A DNA stretch of 56,312 nucleotides from a virus. Position numbers and translations under genes: made by a program. The stretch is taken from IMG/VR virus record IMGVR_UViG_3300031539_000037; one strand, 5' to 3'. Position 1 is the first letter of the stretch, and the number at the start of each line of letters is the position of its first letter. Positions 25,214 to 34,963 of the stretch are shown here, in pieces. Below the pieces are notes generated by a model. The model was not told the origin of the DNA. It did no database searches and saw only the letters and a program-made list of their open reading frames with translations.

Positions 25214-25647
25214 GGTCCCATCCTCTTTATATAATTAACTAAAGTAACTGAAAACCGAATCGGTTTTTCCCCTTTTGATCCAAGAAGAAATTTAGTTTTC
25301 CCCATCTCGCTTAAATAACAATACCCGCCTAAAGGTTCTAATGGAGGTTTCATGTCTGCCCTTAAAGCATTCCTCATTGTTTCGGTTAAAGACATAATTA
25401 GTTTCGCATTGGCCAATGTATCTGCAAACTCTACCATTATCACTATTCCGATGGTATATTGTTCATCATGGACAGCATATTGTGCTATGACTGGGAAGTT
25501 TTCATTTAATAAAAAATCTTCCCCTACTCCTACACAGGCCACAGGATAGGCACTATAACTCATTTGATCTCCAAAATAGACTCCCTTCAAAGTAACATCA
25601 TTATTTACTATATCTATCACTTTGTCGATAACATCGGCTAAAGCCAA
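25210..25647 (-). CDS. Tail terminator / tail completion protein (tentative)
   Basis: 145 aa, positioned between the gp10-like gene and the tube gene. Confidence 0.45.
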   Translation of the reverse strand: MALADVIDKVIDIVNNDVTLKGVYFGDQMSYSAYPVACVGVGEDFLLNENFPVIAQYAVHDEQYTIGIVIMVEFADTLANAKLIMSLTETMRNALRADMKPPLEPLGGYCYLSEMGKTKFLLGSKGEKPIRFSVTLVNYIKRMGP

Positions 25648-25661
25648 TTTTACTTCACCCC

Positions 25662-26075
25662 CTAGAATACCTTCGTAAATCCTTTAAAATTATCCTTAAT
25701 AAATTCGGTTAAACCTTTATGTAATATCATTTTTATCTCCATTTCTTTATCCTTTAAGGCAGGCTTCAAAAACGGATATGCTGCTTGATTATAAGTCCTT
25801 CCTAAACTATCGTCTCCTTTAAATCCAAATTCAATTCTTCGGGCATAAACTACGTTAGTACCTACCTGTGCATTTCTAGGAACTAACCGCGTGGCAATAG
25901 AAGCTCTCAATCTGCCGGTGTCGACATGGGGAGTCTGGTATATTTTGGCTGTCCGTTCCACTAGATAGCCAGCCTTCAGTAAAGCCTTATCGATTTTATT
26001 CTGGGCTTCCTTCCCTGCATGTCTAAATTTCTCGGCTAATGCCTTGCCTTCTTTTACTTCCATTTTAATTTCCAT
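25662..26075 (-). CDS. HK97 gp10-like neck protein
   Basis: 137 aa with the motif PHVDTGRLRASI. Confidence 0.65.
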   Translation of the reverse strand: MEIKMEVKEGKALAEKFRHAGKEAQNKIDKALLKAGYLVERTAKIYQTPHVDTGRLRASIATRLVPRNAQVGTNVVYARRIEFGFKGDDSLGRTYNQAAYPFLKPALKDKEMEIKMILHKGLTEFIKDNFKGFTKVF

Positions 26076-26078
26076 TAT

Positions 26079-26285
26079 TTAATCTCCACCCCAATGTGAC
26101 TTTGATATATCCATTTCTATATCAACATTACAAAATGGACAAATATCAATATATTTTCTTTTATAAGACATTTTGTGTCTTATAGAATCAAATCGAATAT
26201 TATCATGACTTTCATAATAATCTTTCATTTGTTTACAACAAAATTCTACTTCATCAATAATTTTTATTCTCATTTTATCACCCAC
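26079..26285 (-). CDS. Small zinc-ribbon protein
   Basis: About 64-68 aa with FCC...CPFC. The start codon (GTG or the ATG four codons downstream) is ambiguous. Confidence 0.4.
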   Translation of the reverse strand: MGDKMRIKIIDEVEFCCKQMKDYYESHDNIRFDSIRHKMSYKRKYIDICPFCNVDIEMDISKSHWGGD

Positions 26286-26467
26286 AATAAATAGCCACTA
26301 CCTAAAAATATTGCAAATACTAAAACATGTATTGCTAATGTTGAGGGCTGATTTATACTATCCCAATTTTCAGATATCCCACAATATATACCCAGAATAT
26401 TCATTAACACACTAGCCCCAAAAACAAATGCAACGATTAATCTTATTAAAAATATACTAATTGTCAT
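26270..26467 (-). CDS. Small two-TM membrane protein
   Basis: 65 aa, strongly hydrophobic. Confidence 0.4.
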   Translation of the reverse strand: MTISIFLIRLIVAFVFGASVLMNILGIYCGISENWDSINQPSTLAIHVLVFAIFLGSGYLLWVIK

Positions 26468-26582
26468 TATCTTTTAACCTCTTTTCTACTTCTTCTCTGA
26501 TTTCCTTGTTTGGTATATCTTCTAACTTCCAACCAAATTTCTTTATTTTATTAAGCCAGATATCAATTATTCTGATGTCCAT

Positions 26583-26888
26583 TTAGGCCACCTCACATAA
26601 AAATATTTCATAGTAGTCAAGCCAATCGCTGGGTTTTCTCTTGACTAGATATTCATTACTTCCGTCAACAATTTTATCGCCGGTCTGTATGTCCTCGCTG
26701 CTCCAGCAAAACATTCTATGGGTTACATTAGTTTGGATATAACTACTCATAGCCAAAGAATCCTGTGGTTTCAATGAATAGATACAACACCTTAAATTTA
26801 TCTTCTCATTAACCCAAGCCTCAACGCTATCTCCGGTTGCCGATGCTTTTCGTTTTAAGGTTATAGATTTATTGAAAAACTTTTCCAT
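26583..26888 (-). CDS. Head closure / head-tail adaptor protein
   Basis: 101 aa with a pattern typical of SPP1 gp16/HK97 gp9-type adaptors, directly downstream of the connector gene. Confidence 0.6.
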   Translation of the reverse strand: MEKFFNKSITLKRKASATGDSVEAWVNEKINLRCCIYSLKPQDSLAMSSYIQTNVTHRMFCWSSEDIQTGDKIVDGSNEYLVKRKPSDWLDYYEIFLCEVA

Positions 26889-26891
26889 TTA

Positions 26892-27683
26892 TTACACCGT
26901 CCAGTTAATATAAGAACTTAATTCCTTCCTGATATCATCAGTAATGTCGCCATCCTCAAAATAAGTTATAGAATGGGGACCCAAACTTTCCGATTTTACA
27001 TTCCTGTCCTTATCATATATTTTCTTGATTACCCTTAAACAGCATTCCTCTACATCACTAGGAACAGTGGCATATCCTGCATAATAGGTTATCCTGATAT
27101 TCTTATGCCCTTCCGAAAATCCCGATAAATAATAAATATTATCAATATCAACAAGATAATACTCACTGTCAATTTCTTCCTCGTTGATCCATAAACCCCT
27201 AAAATGACTGATAGTCACGTCATCATCATCTGTATCGGCTACAATGGTATCGTCAAAAGTCAAGACAAGAGCAGCTACTCCAGCAGTAGCTATAGTCAAC
27301 AATCCGCTGTTCTCATCAGAATTTTGAACTAATACCTTATCTCCTGCCGTAAAGCCATCATCTACAAAGCTACCCCCATCATCACGAGTGACTTTTTTGG
27401 TGGCAGCATCCCAGACTAAATCATCAAGATTGACAGCCAAGACTGGATATTGCTTGAAATATAAGATTTCCTGTTCCTTGCCGTCATAACGTTCCTTGAC
27501 ATACAACCTTGCTAAAAATTTTCGATTCAAGGCATTCTCAATAGTCTTGGAGGCCTGATTGATTAACCCCTCAATATGATTATCCTCATCTCCGCCATCG
27601 GAAGTAAGGCCAAGTTCTTTATTCGCTTTGACTAATGTTGTTAAAGCATACGTATCTAATTGACTTACAAAATCGCCTGCCAT
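26892..27683 (-). CDS. gp6-like head-tail connector with an inserted domain
   Basis: 263 aa. The N-terminus LDTYALTTLVKANKELGL...IEGLINQASKTIENALNRKF is connector-like. The middle carries a copy of the shared module (GFTAGDKVLVQNSDENSGLLTI). Confidence 0.6.
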   Translation of the reverse strand: MAGDFVSQLDTYALTTLVKANKELGLTSDGGDEDNHIEGLINQASKTIENALNRKFLARLYVKERYDGKEQEILYFKQYPVLAVNLDDLVWDAATKKVTRDDGGSFVDDGFTAGDKVLVQNSDENSGLLTIATAGVAALVLTFDDTIVADTDDDDVTISHFRGLWINEEEIDSEYYLVDIDNIYYLSGFSEGHKNIRITYYAGYATVPSDVEECCLRVIKKIYDKDRNVKSESLGPHSITYFEDGDITDDIRKELSSYINWTV

Positions 27684-27750
27684 TTAATCACCTTCCTTTT
27701 AATCTGCTCCATTCCATTCCTATTTCTATTACTCCCATGACATCATCTCC

Positions 27751-28284
27751 TTAAAAATTAATCCCAAAGAAGATCGCATTAGCTTCTTCTACCGCTACTC
27801 CTGACGAGCCCCCCAAACTAATAAAAGCATTAACATAAACGGCAAAACCTGTATCTACGCATTGCGTTTGATTTCCTGCTTTATACCATATACCCGTAGA
27901 AGTGCCAGGAGTATTTTCCACTTCGCCACCCTCATAATATATCCCAATATAATCACCTTCTACTACGTCTAAATTAACTGAAACAATATTATAATCTACT
28001 ACTAAAGCCCCTACATCCTCAAAGTCGTGAGCAGTCAAAGTGTTTCCATCCGCTGAAAAAATAGCAATTATGCCTTTTGTAGCCGAAGCTCTCATATATA
28101 CCTCAACAGTTGTAATAGTTCCTGTTCCATCTGCAGGAGTCAATTTATCAACTTGTGTATACCCAGTTGCGCCTGTTAATATATCGCCATTTATCGCTGG
28201 ATTTCCGATAGTAATATCAACCGCCAAAACTATTAACTGAAATATACACAATGTAATAGCAAGTATTAATAATATTTTTTTCAT
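27751..28284 (-). CDS. Signal-peptide protein
   Basis: 177 aa beginning MKKILLILAITLCIFQLIVLA, with a beta-rich body. Confidence 0.5.
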   Translation of the reverse strand: MKKILLILAITLCIFQLIVLAVDITIGNPAINGDILTGATGYTQVDKLTPADGTGTITTVEVYMRASATKGIIAIFSADGNTLTAHDFEDVGALVVDYNIVSVNLDVVEGDYIGIYYEGGEVENTPGTSTGIWYKAGNQTQCVDTGFAVYVNAFISLGGSSGVAVEEANAIFFGINF

Positions 28285-28293
28285 ATCTTCTCC

Positions 28294-30699
28294 TTATTGA
28301 AAATCTTTGGCTAATTGAGCATACCATTGCTTATCTGCGGTCTTATAAGTTAAAGCTAAAATATCTTCTGCACCTGCATCGGTTGTTAAAACTCCTAAAG
28401 TTCCACCTGACCACTTAACTAATTGTTGAACGGTTTGAGTATCTGTACCATCATCGCTTATGTTTACTGCTGTTCCAGCAATCGCCAATGCCTTTGTAGT
28501 TGCTACTTGAATATGATTCTCCGAAGTTCTGATAGCATAATAAATAGTATCTGCCACTAAAGGGGTTGGGATAACACCAGAAGTTTTAAATCTAATCCTT
28601 GCACCTGTAGGAATATCAACAGTTAAATCTATAATTTCTGTATCTATATGAACCTCTGCTTCAATAATGGTTGCATCTGATTGAGTTACAATTTCATCAA
28701 GTATTCTTGAACCAGTACCGTCTTGGGTAATGATTACTTGAGCATTTAATGCACCAGTAGGAGCAGTTATCGTAATAGTAGGATTATGTGCAGCGGTTAA
28801 GATTGCCTTATTGCTGTTTCCTAAATTCCAAGCTACGGCAGTTCCAGAAGTCAATACTTGTTCTGTAAAGTTAATACTGTGTGCTCCTGCTTGGAGTTGC
28901 CCACCTAAATCAGGGTCAGTATCTTCTTCTAAATTAGCCATTAAAGTTCCTGTGGTTGGTAAGGTTATAGCAGTAGCGGCGCTTGTGGTAATCGAAAGCG
29001 TATCAGCACCTACCATAGTGATAGTTTCACCTGCTATACTTAAAGTCCCTGGTATTACAAAGTCCCCATCTTCATCTACGCTAAACAATTGAGTCTTTGA
29101 GGCTTGTGTCCCTTTGGCCACCCCAAATACCTGTTGGTCAGCGGTAGGCGTAGCACCAACAATAATTTGATACATTGCGTCAGTTGTAGCAGTACAGCCA
29201 GTACCGGCAGTAAGGAACAGTAACTGGTTATCAACACCCTCGTCATATTGAACTAACCAATCATCATCAGTACCAAAGACTAAATCAAGGTCATCATTCA
29301 CAATACCCCATACTATGTCATCTTCTGCACCCCTATTAACCAGTTCACTGGTCTTATTCGGGGAGAAATCACAATTTATTGTCTTGATTCTCGTATTAAA
29401 ATCTCCGGTTAGATTTAATCCGTTTAATTGGAGATATTGAGTAATGGTAACTGTATCACCTGCTTCTTCACTTTCAGCCAATTCTCCCGTAGCAAGAGTT
29501 ATCGTTCCTGCCGCAACCGAAACAATGGTATAAGTACCATCATTAGAAGTAGACCCTGTAACAACAATATCTTCTCCTTCTTCAAATCCAGCTACAAGGA
29601 ATTGAGCAGCAGACTGGGTGATGGTATCTGCCCCTTCACCACCATCTACAAAGGCTATATCGGTTCCTATGAGGTCTCTGTCATCATAAGATTTACAATT
29701 AGCAAGGGTTATATCATAACAATCTTCAAGGTTTATTCCCCTGTAATAATTATTGTATGATATAAGTCCTGTAGCAATAACATTGTCACAATCTGCAAAG
29801 TGGAATCCACCCCTAGTGGCAGGAGAGGGACTATTGAGTGTTGCTACACAATTAGTAATAGTAGAATCTGCAAGGCCCAAAATATTAAATCCGTTAAGAC
29901 CGTTCCCATCAGCGATACAATTATCAATAACAGCCCCCGATTGGTAATTTATAGTAATACCATGATCTGAATTATCCCAGGCTTTGATGTTACTATATGA
30001 ATTATGTTGGTTAACTATTTGTTCGAGGGTGTTACTGCCCCTGTCGTTAAAACCACAACATCCATTATCCCAGCAATAGATATCTTGATAGGTATTATAT
30101 TGACTTCTTCCTGCCGTATTAGTACTAGGATGGAATCCCTCATGGGCATTGTCATGCATATAGATATTTTTACATACGGCATTATTAACCTCAAAAAGAC
30201 CTATACCATAATAACCACCATTTTTTGCCTCTACGTTTTCTATCAGCAAATAATTAACTGATTCGTGGGCAAATATGGGAGAAATGTATTCTGTATCATC
30301 TGTTTGAGCATCCCCGTCTATCGTCATATCTTTGATGGTAACGTAATCACAATCGTCAATACGAAAACCGTAGGCATCTGCAGTTATGACTATCGTTTTA
30401 CCTATTCCCTCGCCGATAAAGCTAATTGATTTAGCAACCGATAATATATCATCCAGTTCATAATATCCTGCCCTTAAATAAATTGTATCTCCTGCACTTG
30501 CGGCATTATAAGCATCCTCAATACAATTACCAGCCCAGGGGTCAATATCCGTTCCTGTACCTGTGGCATAGTCTTGAGGATACACGGTATATTGTTGCTG
30601 ATCTTCTCTATTTGCACCTAGTGGAATGACTGCAAAAACATTTATATCAAATAAACTTATTATTAGTAAAATTATTAAAATTATATTTAATTTTTTCAT
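28294..30699 (-). CDS. Signal-peptide parallel beta-helix protein (pectate-lyase fold; depolymerase/adhesin-like)
   Basis: 801 aa beginning MKKLNIILIILLIISLFDINVFA. PbH1-type repeats (NGGYYGIGL.., DNGCCGFND.., GNGLNGFNI..). It then carries the shared DIAFVDGG module. Confidence 0.65.
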   Translation of the reverse strand: MKKLNIILIILLIISLFDINVFAVIPLGANREDQQQYTVYPQDYATGTGTDIDPWAGNCIEDAYNAASAGDTIYLRAGYYELDDILSVAKSISFIGEGIGKTIVITADAYGFRIDDCDYVTIKDMTIDGDAQTDDTEYISPIFAHESVNYLLIENVEAKNGGYYGIGLFEVNNAVCKNIYMHDNAHEGFHPSTNTAGRSQYNTYQDIYCWDNGCCGFNDRGSNTLEQIVNQHNSYSNIKAWDNSDHGITINYQSGAVIDNCIADGNGLNGFNILGLADSTITNCVATLNSPSPATRGGFHFADCDNVIATGLISYNNYYRGINLEDCYDITLANCKSYDDRDLIGTDIAFVDGGEGADTITQSAAQFLVAGFEEGEDIVVTGSTSNDGTYTIVSVAAGTITLATGELAESEEAGDTVTITQYLQLNGLNLTGDFNTRIKTINCDFSPNKTSELVNRGAEDDIVWGIVNDDLDLVFGTDDDWLVQYDEGVDNQLLFLTAGTGCTATTDAMYQIIVGATPTADQQVFGVAKGTQASKTQLFSVDEDGDFVIPGTLSIAGETITMVGADTLSITTSAATAITLPTTGTLMANLEEDTDPDLGGQLQAGAHSINFTEQVLTSGTAVAWNLGNSNKAILTAAHNPTITITAPTGALNAQVIITQDGTGSRILDEIVTQSDATIIEAEVHIDTEIIDLTVDIPTGARIRFKTSGVIPTPLVADTIYYAIRTSENHIQVATTKALAIAGTAVNISDDGTDTQTVQQLVKWSGGTLGVLTTDAGAEDILALTYKTADKQWYAQLAKDFQ

Positions 30700-30745
30700 T
30701 ATCCCTTCTCAATGGGGGTAGAAATAAATCCTACCCCCTCAATAG

Positions 30746-32053
30746 TTATTTATGATAGTAAATTGTTATATCTTCATTTTGTACAATAGTGGCACAATCT
30801 AAAGTATTATTAGTTGTATCTGCTTTACCAGCTATTTCGCCAAATACTGCTACACCGTCAACTGTCTTGTAATATATATCTGCTTCTGCACTAATAGCAT
30901 TAGGGAGTCCAATTATATCGCCTATACCTACATCCCAAGTTCCACCAGTACTAGCTGCAACAATAGCAGTTATATTACAAAATGCTTTAGCTCCAGCGGT
31001 AGTACCATTAACTAGATTTATTTCTTCAGTTTGTCCAGTAGTTCCATCAGCTAAAGTTCCAGTTATGGTAATAGTTCCAGCAGCTTCACCGTCTCCAGTT
31101 GTAGTAATATTTCTTGCATAATCAGGCATTTTTATAATACTACCAATTTTATCCCCATCGCCCGTTGCATCTTTAATGATATATTCGTTATCAGTAGCAT
31201 CAATATCCATCAAATGTAATTCATGATTGATAGAAGTACCCGCAGCATCGTCAACATAGCCTTGAGTGACTAATTTGTCGTTATCGCCTGCACCGGTAGA
31301 GATTGAAGCTATTGCAGATTCAACGCCAGCAATGGTAATTTTTAATTGATCATCAGTAGCCCAGCTTATCTTATTATCAGCATCCCTTCCGACATATAAA
31401 GCAGCGTTAATAATGCTTGTAATATCTGTATTTGCTCCACAAGCTGCAATGTCAGTACCGATTTCCAAATCTAAATCTTCTTTTACTTGTGCAAGTGTTC
31501 TTACCGCATAGGTATCGTCAGCAGTCAATTTAATAAAACTTGCAGATGCATAAACTAATGCAGAGATATTCGTTAATGCTGTATCTAATGGTTGATAAGT
31601 TCCTGATATATCTGGAACATCTCCTGCTTCCAATGCCGCCCAAGTCGGAGCTTGTCCTGCCGCACCTGTTCCTATCATTCTTAAAAATTTATTACTTGCT
31701 GCGGTATTCGGAGCCAGTCTGGTCAGTACATTTGAAGCACCGCCATAATATGTATCAAATTCAGCATCAGAACCTAATGTCATGGTTACACCACCAATTA
31801 CAAAACCCGTAGATGCTGTACCAGATGTCACCGTTCCTACAGTTGTTATACTTGCACTACCAGCAATTGGTGAATAGATTGTGCTTATTGCAACACTATT
31901 AACGTAATAATCAAATCCACTTGGTACATTGATATCTCCAGTTAAATCTGAAGTAGGACCTAGATTAACAGCACTGAATGCTGCAAAAACATTTGTGCCT
32001 ACACTCATGAATAAGAGTGAAAACACCATTAAAAATACAATTAATTTCTTCAA
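30746..32053 (-). CDS. Signal-peptide fibre-like protein
   Basis: 435 aa beginning MKKLIVFLMVFSLLFMSVGTNVFA. It has a GANTDITS fibre motif. The C-terminal domain is shared with 32459-33046. Confidence 0.55.
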   Translation of the reverse strand: MKKLIVFLMVFSLLFMSVGTNVFAAFSAVNLGPTSDLTGDINVPSGFDYYVNSVAISTIYSPIAGSASITTVGTVTSGTASTGFVIGGVTMTLGSDAEFDTYYGGASNVLTRLAPNTAASNKFLRMIGTGAAGQAPTWAALEAGDVPDISGTYQPLDTALTNISALVYASASFIKLTADDTYAVRTLAQVKEDLDLEIGTDIAACGANTDITSIINAALYVGRDADNKISWATDDQLKITIAGVESAIASISTGAGDNDKLVTQGYVDDAAGTSINHELHLMDIDATDNEYIIKDATGDGDKIGSIIKMPDYARNITTTGDGEAAGTITITGTLADGTTGQTEEINLVNGTTAGAKAFCNITAIVAASTGGTWDVGIGDIIGLPNAISAEADIYYKTVDGVAVFGEIAGKADTTNNTLDCATIVQNEDITIYYHK

Positions 32054-32079
32054 TTTAAAATCACCTCATTTCTTTTATT

Positions 32080-32445
32080 TTAATTTTTCTCATCATTTCT
32101 TAATTCAATTAGAACAGTTATCTTATAGATATTGCCATCATAGAAGGTATTGCTATAGGTAAACATATCTTCGGCAATCTGCATTTCACCTACTAACTGC
32201 ATGATACAATTTTTTAGTTTAATATTGCTTCCATTAATGTTATCAATTAAAAAAACAGTTAAATCTGTCTGTTTTTGTTCGGGTTCTTCTATTGCTTCTT
32301 CTTCGGTTTCTTGTAATGTAGTCGCTGGGACATTATATTTCATATCCCCATTCTGTCCGTTTCCATTCACGCCTAAAAAACATAACATCATAATCAATAT
32401 CGCGATTATAGTTATATTTCTTGTTTTTTTCCCCCACTTAATCAT
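32080..32445 (-). CDS. Membrane-anchored protein
   Basis: 121 aa with the N-terminal TM segment NITIIAILIMMLCFLGV. Confidence 0.45.
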   Translation of the reverse strand: MIKWGKKTRNITIIAILIMMLCFLGVNGNGQNGDMKYNVPATTLQETEEEAIEEPEQKQTDLTVFLIDNINGSNIKLKNCIMQLVGEMQIAEDMFTYSNTFYDGNIYKITVLIELRNDEKN

Positions 32446-32458
32446 TTTTCACCTCCTT

Positions 32459-33046
32459 TTAATTTCCTAAATATAAAATAGTGATATCCTGCCATGCACC
32501 GATAGGTGAAAAATCTATCGTGCCATAAGTAGCATTGATTTTAGCGGGTACATAGGTAGATGTCACATCAACAGCATTTATTTTTATTTTATAGACTTTA
32601 TTGGCAGCGGATATCGTATCGATCAATCCCACCTTGTCACCAAAACCCACCTGTAAATTATCTCCAATTTCAAGGGTTGCGGGAATATTAATCTTGGTAA
32701 CAGTATCAAAGGCTTTATTGCCCTGAACAGTCGCCCCCAGTGAAATGGTTATATCTTCCGTAGTAGATACTCCCCTCACCAAACCGGTGATAGTGACTAT
32801 ACCGCTTGAGGCTGCCAGATTAGTACAAGTGATGGTTATATTTCTAGGCTCATCGGGATTGGTAATTGCCGTTGTTATCTCTTGGACTCCACCAGTTCCT
32901 GCAATCGCCGCATGAATGCCATCAGTATCAGCCACTTTTATATCAAGTATAAGCATGCGTCTCCGTACTGTAACTGGTGCTCCTCCGGTAAGTGTTACAT
33001 TAATCGCTTCCATTTCGGTTATGGTTACATTAATATTTTCTGCCAT
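32459..33046 (-). CDS. Head-module structural protein sharing a domain with 30746-32053
   Basis: 195 aa. ITITC..VTITG...GNKAFDTVTKI...VGFGDKVGL aligns with ITITG...GAKAFCNITAI...VGIGDIIGL. Confidence 0.5.
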   Translation of the reverse strand: MAENINVTITEMEAINVTLTGGAPVTVRRRMLILDIKVADTDGIHAAIAGTGGVQEITTAITNPDEPRNITITCTNLAASSGIVTITGLVRGVSTTEDITISLGATVQGNKAFDTVTKINIPATLEIGDNLQVGFGDKVGLIDTISAANKVYKIKINAVDVTSTYVPAKINATYGTIDFSPIGAWQDITILYLGN

Positions 33047-33393
33047 TATGTTATCTTCCTTGTTACTGCTATAATTTGGATCATTCCTGATAATACGGTT
33101 TCAATGTCATCTGCTGCCTTCTTAGCTTGAATATCATAGAAATAATTGCCAGGTACTATATCGGTATCTGTAGGTGTCAATAATATTTTTGTCTGGCCAT
33201 TTGGAGCATCATAATGCACGGTAATATCCTTGCTTATCGTTGCAACTGTATCTGCATAATTCTTTTTTACTGTAAAATATATAGTCCACAAGCTAATATC
33301 AATTACCCCACCAAGACTATCCGTAAAAGTAAGAAGATATTCCCGCTTATTGCCTCTAAATATAGGATTCATATCTACTATATTAGCTAACAT
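33046..33393 (-). CDS. Small Ig-like structural protein (tentative)
   Basis: 115 aa with the pattern LLTPTDTDIVPGNYFYDIQ. Confidence 0.4.
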   Translation of the reverse strand: MLANIVDMNPIFRGNKREYLLTFTDSLGGVIDISLWTIYFTVKKNYADTVATISKDITVHYDAPNGQTKILLTPTDTDIVPGNYFYDIQAKKAADDIETVLSGMIQIIAVTRKIT

Positions 33394-33839
33394 TTATTCA
33401 CCCTCTTTGATTTCTTGTTAACTAAATCCAACCATGCCTTGCTTTCTTCTTCCCAATCTTCAATGATTGGTTTTATCTTTATTAAATTCTCCATAGATAT
33501 ATAGGCTCTTCCAAAATCATTAAGTTTAAAAGTCCTTAGCTTTATATCTACTTCGGTTTCATATAATTCATTAATTTCCTTATTAAATCCCCCTTCGTTT
33601 TCTATATCGTATGCTTTGCCTTCTTCTTTCAGTATCGGTTTGCCATCCTTGTCCTTTTTTACATACTTCATGACTATCTCTATTCTCTTTTGTTCTAATC
33701 TTTTCCCTTCACTTTCCAGCCAATGCATATCCCTTACAAGCCAATAAGTAGTATTAGATGGTATAGGTTCCTTATACATTCCCATAAGTCCCTGCAATAT
33801 TGTCGATATTTGTTTCACCGTAACTTTTGTAATTATCAT
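33387..33839 (-). CDS. Hypothetical protein
   Basis: 150 aa. Confidence 0.45.
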   Translation of the reverse strand: MIITKVTVKQISTILQGLMGMYKEPIPSNTTYWLVRDMHWLESEGKRLEQKRIEIVMKYVKKDKDGKPILKEEGKAYDIENEGGFNKEINELYETEVDIKLRTFKLNDFGRAYISMENLIKIKPIIEDWEEESKAWLDLVNKKSKRVNKC

Positions 33840-33903
33840 TTACTCTCCTTTTTTTAGTTAGGGGAGTAAGCTAAACAAACTCCCCCAACCTTTTTTAACT
33901 TAA

Positions 33904-34671
33904 TTAGCTTCTATCCTGAAATACCCTGACATAATCGACAAGCATAGTTCCGACTCCAGTATTACCAGCATTAGTTTTTGACACATTAAAGTAAGGTTGT
34001 ACACACCAGATCGGAGTAACCAATCCAACCATACTACCAGTCCCGACCAATACACCGTCAACATAAAACTTGACTGCTGCAATATTACTTGCATCAATTC
34101 TGTAGATGTGATAAACACCGGCTACTAAAACGATACCTGCACAGACATTATCATCATCATTGGTGGCATTATCGTCAGTTTCCCATAATAAAACAGTATT
34201 CGCGGTATGCTGAACCCTGAACCAAGCATTACAATCAACAGTATCAAGGTCAGCATTATGTGCCCCTGCAAGTCCCCATACTATTTCAGTCGTACCTGCT
34301 ACTGCCTGAGTCGGTAATACAGAGATTGCCACTCTTGCCTCGAAGATAAGCCCTTGATTCAGACTTAATGATTCCTGGTCATTCCAATCTAAACATGCAA
34401 TATCCGCAGAAGCCGCAGCGGTTATAGCTAATGAAACAATCCCATTTATTCCGTCTGTTACCTTTGCTACCACACCATTTCCTAAAATTAATGTAGACCA
34501 CGGACATCCTGATTCTACTGTTCCCGTTGCTGGAATAACTACATCCCCTCCCAAGAAGTCATCATAGAATACTATTGGGAACATAGGCACTAAAGACTCT
34601 GCATTGGTATTATCACTTACCATTGGAAATCCGGTTTGAAACCAATTATAATTACCTCTACCTCTACTCAT
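33904..34671 (-). CDS. Jelly-roll (LamG/concanavalin-like) head-module protein (tentative)
   Basis: About 255 aa from the ATG with GGAG 9 nt upstream, beta-rich. Ends VDGVLVGTG...VDYVRVFQ. Confidence 0.4.
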   Translation of the reverse strand: MSRGRGNYNWFQTGFPMVSDNTNAESLVPMFPIVFYDDFLGGDVVIPATGTVESGCPWSTLILGNGVVAKVTDGINGIVSLAITAAASADIACLDWNDQESLSLNQGLIFEARVAISVLPTQAVAGTTEIVWGLAGAHNADLDTVDCNAWFRVQHTANTVLLWETDDNATNDDDNVCAGIVLVAGVYHIYRIDASNIAAVKFYVDGVLVGTGSMVGLVTPIWCVQPYFNVSKTNAGNTGVGTMLVDYVRVFQDRS

Positions 34672-34726
34672 AATAATCATCTCCTTTCGCTTCCATTAAG
34701 GAAGCAACCCTTTTAAGGTCAAAAGG

Positions 34727-34939
34727 TTATTTTTTTATTATTTTGTTTTTAGGGGCATCCCTCAACATCTTGTCTTGGGATGCCTTTTTTACTTGTTTGG
34801 CCTTTATTGGCTTTTCCTTTTCGCAGAAATCGGCGATATTTTCTCGGATCAAGGCTTTCCCGGTATTATCTGCTACCTCAATAATCTCGCCCCTTTGATA
34901 ACCTCGCCAGTCTACAAAAAGTTTAACGTACAAAGACAT
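34727..34939 (-). CDS. Hypothetical small protein
   Basis: 70 aa. Confidence 0.45.
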   Translation of the reverse strand: MSLYVKLFVDWRGYQRGEIIEVADNTGKALIRENIADFCEKEKPIKAKQVKKASQDKMLRDAPKNKIIKK

Positions 34940-34963
34940 AGGACAAACTCCTTTTATTTATTT

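Noticed and set aside
23328-30699. The possibility that the repeated DIAFVDGG module is a diversity-generating retroelement target/template pair
   Set aside because: No reverse transcriptase gene is present. The DNA copies are broadly diverged at all base types rather than differing mainly at adenines.
33900-34118. Same-strand alternative-frame ORFs nested in larger genes (33900-34118, 38241-38423, 52621-52809, 53782-53964, 55754-55978, 1368-1553)
   Set aside because: Each sits inside a longer ORF with recognisable domains or a better start context. There is no independent SD and no conserved motif.
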